Shown: positions 44,810-48,223 of the stretch, piece by piece
Numbering within the stretch: position 1 is the first letter of the stretch
Layout of the letters: every line of letters begins with the position of its first letter
Virus record (IMG/VR): IMGVR_UViG_3300043185_000111
Span: 1 to 48,223 of that record
Direction: 5' to 3' (one strand)
Origin: a virus
Lineage: Duplodnaviria > Caudoviricetes
DNA: 48,223 nt
Position numbers and translations under genes: made by a program
The notes under the pieces: model-generated
The model's input: only the letters and a program-made list of their open reading frames with translations
Told to the model about the DNA's origin: nothing
Database searches by the model: none

Positions 44810-45382
44810 ATGAAACGGAAACCTCCTCCTCACGTCGGACGATCTTCTGCCCCCACGAACGGTCAGCCGTCTCCGCAATCTTCCGGCCTTTCTCGCCGAG
44901 AGGGCGAAACCGATGAGGCCTTCGCCACGCGTTCGGCAAAGTACGACGAACGCCTCAAGGCCAGCAGGGCGCTGCGCGCCCTGCCCATCGGCAAGCGCAA
45001 GGCCATCGAGCTGCGCAAGCGGGCGGAGGCGCTCGCCGCCGCCGCCGCCGAGGTGAAGACGTGGCCCCCGTGCCCTGACATCGCCGTGCAATCTCTGGCG
45101 GCCGCCATCGACGCCGCCATCGCTACCGTGCATGGCGTGGCCGATCGCCTCGCAGAGTTGCCCGACGATTACGGCCGTGGAATCTCGCACAAGACGGGCG
45201 AGTTGACGGCCGGCACGAGCGTCCGTATTCGCGAGGAGCGCCGGTCCACGTACGCCGGCATCGCCGGGATGCTCTCCACGCTGGAGGTGATCCAGCACAT
45301 GAGACCGCTCGTGCTCGTCAAGACGATCACGGGCGCGCAGATGGCCATCCCTCGCGCGCATCTGGAGATCGGCGGCGTCTAG
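44810..45382 (+). CDS. Hypothetical protein (helical, with small beta C-terminal domain)
   Basis: A-rich leader, strong codon bias. Confidence 0.72.
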   Translation: MKRKPPPHVGRSSAPTNGQPSPQSSGLSRREGETDEAFATRSAKYDERLKASRALRALPIGKRKAIELRKRAEALAAAAAEVKTWPPCPDIAVQSLAAAIDAAIATVHGVADRLAELPDDYGRGISHKTGELTAGTSVRIREERRSTYAGIAGMLSTLEVIQHMRPLVLVKTITGAQMAIPRAHLEIGGV

Positions 45383-45403
45383 AGGAGCTGAACCCGCCGC
45401 CGG

Positions 45404-45438
45404 ACCGGGGTAGGTCGACGTCGTCGACCTACCCCGGT
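45404..45438. repeat. 35-bp palindrome (17-bp perfect arms, 1-nt centre)
   Basis: ACCGGGGTAGGTCGACG-T-CGTCGACCTACCCCGGT. Confidence 0.92.
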
Positions 45439-45478
45439 TCCCCCCGCCCGCGGACACCGCACCGTCTGGAAACAAACC

Positions 45479-46342
45479 ATGAAAAACGGGATCGTAGCTT
45501 TTCGTGATGGAGAGGTCTCCCAGATCGCCGCTGAAGCGCTCGGCTCGGTCGTGCTCTGGGACCTGTCTCGGGAAATAGATGTGCACGTGACTAAGGCGAG
45601 GTGGGCCGCCGCGGCGTTGCCCCCCGCGTGGGCGATCGACCCGATAACGCCTTCGGTCGCGCTGTCTCGCGCCGTCGGCGAGCTGCGCGAACGGCATCGA
45701 TTCGTGAGATCGATCCCGCACGGGTGGGCGATCGTCGCGGAGGAGGCCAGAGGAGACAACCTTCACTTCGACGTCGAGTTGCGCGTCATCGTCGATCGGT
45801 TCGGCGCGCTCCAGTTCGATCCCCCCGATCATCGGGAGGCGGAGCAAGTTCGCGCTAGCTCCCGGCAGCACGCAGATCGGGTCGGCGCGACGGACATCGG
45901 ACGGTGGCTCTGCCGGCTCGCCGCGCACTGCGACGCCGTGCCCATGCGATCGAACGGTGGCTGCTATTTCATCCCGGCGCATTCGCTCGATCTTTGGCGC
46001 CGGATTTGCGCCGTCATCCACGAAGTTTCAGATTGCGTGATCCACGACATCCCGGCGATGCACTGCGACAGCGCCATCGATGCCGTGCTGAATCACCTTT
46101 CCGCCGAGGCCGCCCAGGCGGCGACTGCTGTGCTAGCGGAGATCTCTGCGAACAACCTCGGCCCGCGCGCGCTTGCCTCGCGTCAACGCGAAACGTTGAA
46201 GTTGGCGGCCAAGGTCGAACGCTATGAAGCGTTGCTTGGCGTTTCGCTCCAAGGTGTCAGGGACAACCTGGAGCGGCTGAACGCCGCGATCACCGCCGCG
46301 GCTTTCGCCGCCGCCGCGGCGGCCGAGGATACCGAGCGATGA
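45479..46342 (+). CDS. DUF3150/DUF6744-like protein
   Basis: G..V.W.L, V.MR..GG.YFIP, Y..LL...L; family tends to accompany MoxR/VWA pairs in mobile elements. Confidence 0.6.
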   Translation: MKNGIVAFRDGEVSQIAAEALGSVVLWDLSREIDVHVTKARWAAAALPPAWAIDPITPSVALSRAVGELRERHRFVRSIPHGWAIVAEEARGDNLHFDVELRVIVDRFGALQFDPPDHREAEQVRASSRQHADRVGATDIGRWLCRLAAHCDAVPMRSNGGCYFIPAHSLDLWRRICAVIHEVSDCVIHDIPAMHCDSAIDAVLNHLSAEAAQAATAVLAEISANNLGPRALASRQRETLKLAAKVERYEALLGVSLQGVRDNLERLNAAITAAAFAAAAAAEDTER

Positions 46343-46425
46343 TCGCGTGCTGCGTAGACATGTGCTTGCTCGACGCGCTGCCGACGATCGTCATAGCGAT
46401 CGTCGCTGCATGGAAACGACGATGA
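46339..46425 (+). CDS. 28-aa hydrophobic peptide, not in ORF track
   Basis: MIACCVDMCLLDALPTIVIAIVAAWKRR; ATGA overlaps at both ends. Confidence 0.55.
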   Translation: MIACCVDMCLLDALPTIVIAIVAAWKRR

Positions 46426-47006
46426 TCCACGGGACCTCCGTATCGGAATGCGATGCCGTCGTGAGGAGGATCGCGGCGCGTTACAAGCGGCGCTGTTGGT
46501 GGGCGCCGATCGACGATTTGCGCCAGATCGGGTGGGTAGCGATCTTGGAATGCGCGCGCAGTTATGATCCGCGCGTCGGCGTGCCCTTTCTCGGGTACGC
46601 TTCGCGGGCCGCGGTGCTGAAAATGCACGAAGCGCTCTGGAAAGCCTCCGCGCCTTGCTCGGCGGGGAGGGGGCGCGGCTCGCTCGATAAGCTTGCGGGC
46701 AAGGTCCGTGCCCCGATCGAGGCCATCGACCACGACACGTCGGCGGTGCCCGACCCGACCGATGCCATGGCCCAGCTCGAATGGACGGATAGATTCGAGC
46801 GCGCCGAGGAATCGGCCACGCATGACATGGAACATCGATTCCGTGCGATGTCGGCCTGCGTGCTGTTCGATGAGGTTCCGCCGCGCATGGTCGCAAAGGC
46901 GTTCCAGTGCAAAGCGGATGACGTATATTTTGCGGTGGCGTGCGCACGCGCGAGGTACCGCGGCAGCGCCGCGCTGTTCGACCTCATGAAGGAGCTGCCA
47001 CGATGA
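46422..47006 (+). CDS. Phage-encoded sigma70-family sigma factor
   Basis: Region 2 DDLRQIGWVAILECARSYDPRVGVPFLGYA; C-terminal HTH-like region 4. Confidence 0.8.
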   Translation: MIHGTSVSECDAVVRRIAARYKRRCWWAPIDDLRQIGWVAILECARSYDPRVGVPFLGYASRAAVLKMHEALWKASAPCSAGRGRGSLDKLAGKVRAPIEAIDHDTSAVPDPTDAMAQLEWTDRFERAEESATHDMEHRFRAMSACVLFDEVPPRMVAKAFQCKADDVYFAVACARARYRGSAALFDLMKELPR

Positions 47007-47665
47007 CCACACCCCACGATGCCAAGTTGATGACGATCGCACCAGACACGATCGCGACGTTGCCCGGCAACCCGAACGAGATGACGCCAGACGAGTTTGC
47101 GTCTCTCTGCGGGTCCATCGAGAGGCTCGGGTTCATACAAACGCCAACTGTGCGACAGGTTTCCCAGGCAGATCGTGATGCGTGGCCGAGCGACATCCAG
47201 GCGCATCACATGTTCATCGTCGAGGACGGGGAACATCGTGTGAAGGCGGCGGTTCACCTCGCTTTACGCACCATTCCGGTGATTTGCGTAGACCACGACG
47301 TCAACGAAGCCATGGTCACTCAAATCGCCATGAACCGCCTGCGCGGCCACCTGGATATGACGCGTACGGGACGCGTCCTTGACGAACTTGTCGAAGCTGG
47401 GTGGGCGAGTGCCGACTTGGCTGTCACGGGTTTTTCGGAGGTCGAGATCGCTACTTTGTTGGACGCGACGCGCGAGCAGGTCCTATCCGACCTGCTCGAC
47501 GACTCGATCGCGCCACCGACGGACGAGCGCCCGAAGACGTTCGCCATCACGATCAACTGCGGATCGGATGTTCTGCGCGCGCGGATTCGAGCTGCGTTGC
47601 TGGAACGCGCCGGAGCATCCGGCACGATCCTCGATGGATTGCTCGCAGTGCTCAACATCACGTAA
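47003..47665 (+). CDS. ParB/Sulfiredoxin-like N-terminal domain protein
   Basis: NPN.M, SI...GF..P, IVEDGEHR..AA, MN.LRG, TGFS..EI..L. Confidence 0.85.
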   Translation: MTTPHDAKLMTIAPDTIATLPGNPNEMTPDEFASLCGSIERLGFIQTPTVRQVSQADRDAWPSDIQAHHMFIVEDGEHRVKAAVHLALRTIPVICVDHDVNEAMVTQIAMNRLRGHLDMTRTGRVLDELVEAGWASADLAVTGFSEVEIATLLDATREQVLSDLLDDSIAPPTDERPKTFAITINCGSDVLRARIRAALLERAGASGTILDGLLAVLNIT

Positions 47666-47689
47666 TAGCCGAGTTTTTGAAAGGAACAG

Positions 47690-47944
47690 ATGACGAAGTT
47701 CAAACGCAAAAAGGGGGCTACGCCCCCTCGACGTCGGATCGCGGTCCAAGCAGAGATCATGCGCAAAGCAGGGTGGGTGTCCCCGCGCGAAGCGGCGCGC
47801 ATGGTTGGCGTAGCTACTGTGACGATTTACTATTGGATGAACACGAGGCGGATCGACGAACGGCGCGTCGCGGGGCGGCGTTACGTGAGCATCGCAACGT
47901 TGATGTCATACGCGAGCGCAAAGGAGGCGCTCACCAATGGCTGA
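47690..47944 (+). CDS. Excisionase/MerR-like HTH DNA-binding protein
   Basis: WVSPREAARMVGVATVTIYYW.....I...RV.GRRYV. Confidence 0.8.
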   Translation: MTKFKRKKGATPPRRRIAVQAEIMRKAGWVSPREAARMVGVATVTIYYWMNTRRIDERRVAGRRYVSIATLMSYASAKEALTNG

Positions 47945-48158
47945 CCCCGACACCCGCGAATCGATCCGCCGTTACTGTTGGCGCGTCGGCGCCGCCTTGG
48001 TGTATCCCGGAGACGTGTGCCCGGAATGCGGCAACTCTGATCACCGGCGGGTCGCGGAAGGTATGTGCGGCAATTTCGTGCTCGAGGGGCATGGACGGTC
48101 GTGCGCGCTGGCTCCAGAACACGACGGGCCGTGCAGGGGATGGACGTATGGAGTATAA
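47937..48158 (+). CDS. Small Cys/His-rich zinc-binding protein
   Basis: YCWR, CPECG, C.L...H.GPC; GGAGG SD. Confidence 0.65.
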   Translation: MADPDTRESIRRYCWRVGAALVYPGDVCPECGNSDHRRVAEGMCGNFVLEGHGRSCALAPEHDGPCRGWTYGV

Positions 48159-48223
48159 GAAGGGGCCTGACTGGACCGCCGCCGAGGCCGAGGTGCTCAC
48201 GGCCGTATTGCTCGCGCGGACGG
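48148..48223 (+). CDS. Partial ORF running off the window
   Basis: MEYKKGPDWTAAEAEVL..., overlapping the previous stop. Confidence 0.5.
   Translation, partial: MEYKKGPDWTAAEAEVLTAVLLART

Noticed and set aside
414-46021. Long antisense or alternate-frame ORFs (e.g. 414-1661, 8517-9743, 11425-12648, 44744-46021)
   Set aside because: R/G/P-rich shadow ORFs opposite well-supported genes, as expected at high GC.
47003-47665. Plasmid-prophage partition system
   Set aside because: No ParA or parS array in the window; this looks like the stand-alone ParB/Srx-type domain common in phages.
1-48223. Stop-codon reassignment, introns, inteins, tRNAs, integrase
   Set aside because: Genes tile densely under the standard code using all three stops; no splicing motifs, cloverleafs or recombinase motifs were recognised by eye.

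Overview
This window is a GC-rich, tailed dsDNA bacteriophage genome segment of myovirus type, with a contractile sheath, tube, baseplate J and Gp138-like spike. No host genes, integrase, DNA polymerase, tRNA or CRISPR array were seen. In order it holds: (1) a ~2.6 kb very GC-rich SNF2/HARP-like helicase cassette with its own promoter and terminator, bounded by G-rich inverted repeats; (2) a leftward HTH + large terminase pair, divergent from the head genes; (3) DUF2213 protease/scaffold, decoration protein, DUF2184-type major capsid and neck genes; (4) a ~13 kb island of extra virion or appendage-like proteins that splits the neck module; (5) tail, baseplate and fibre genes; (6) portal with a C-terminal HTH and MuF, displaced ~31 kb from the terminase; (7) a split lysis region with RuvC; (8) an early-type region with MoxR AAA+, VWA-metallopeptidase, DUF3150-like protein, a sigma factor, a ParB-like protein and HTH proteins. 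Many transcription units appear leaderless. All family assignments come from motif recognition and gene context by eye; no database searches were run.
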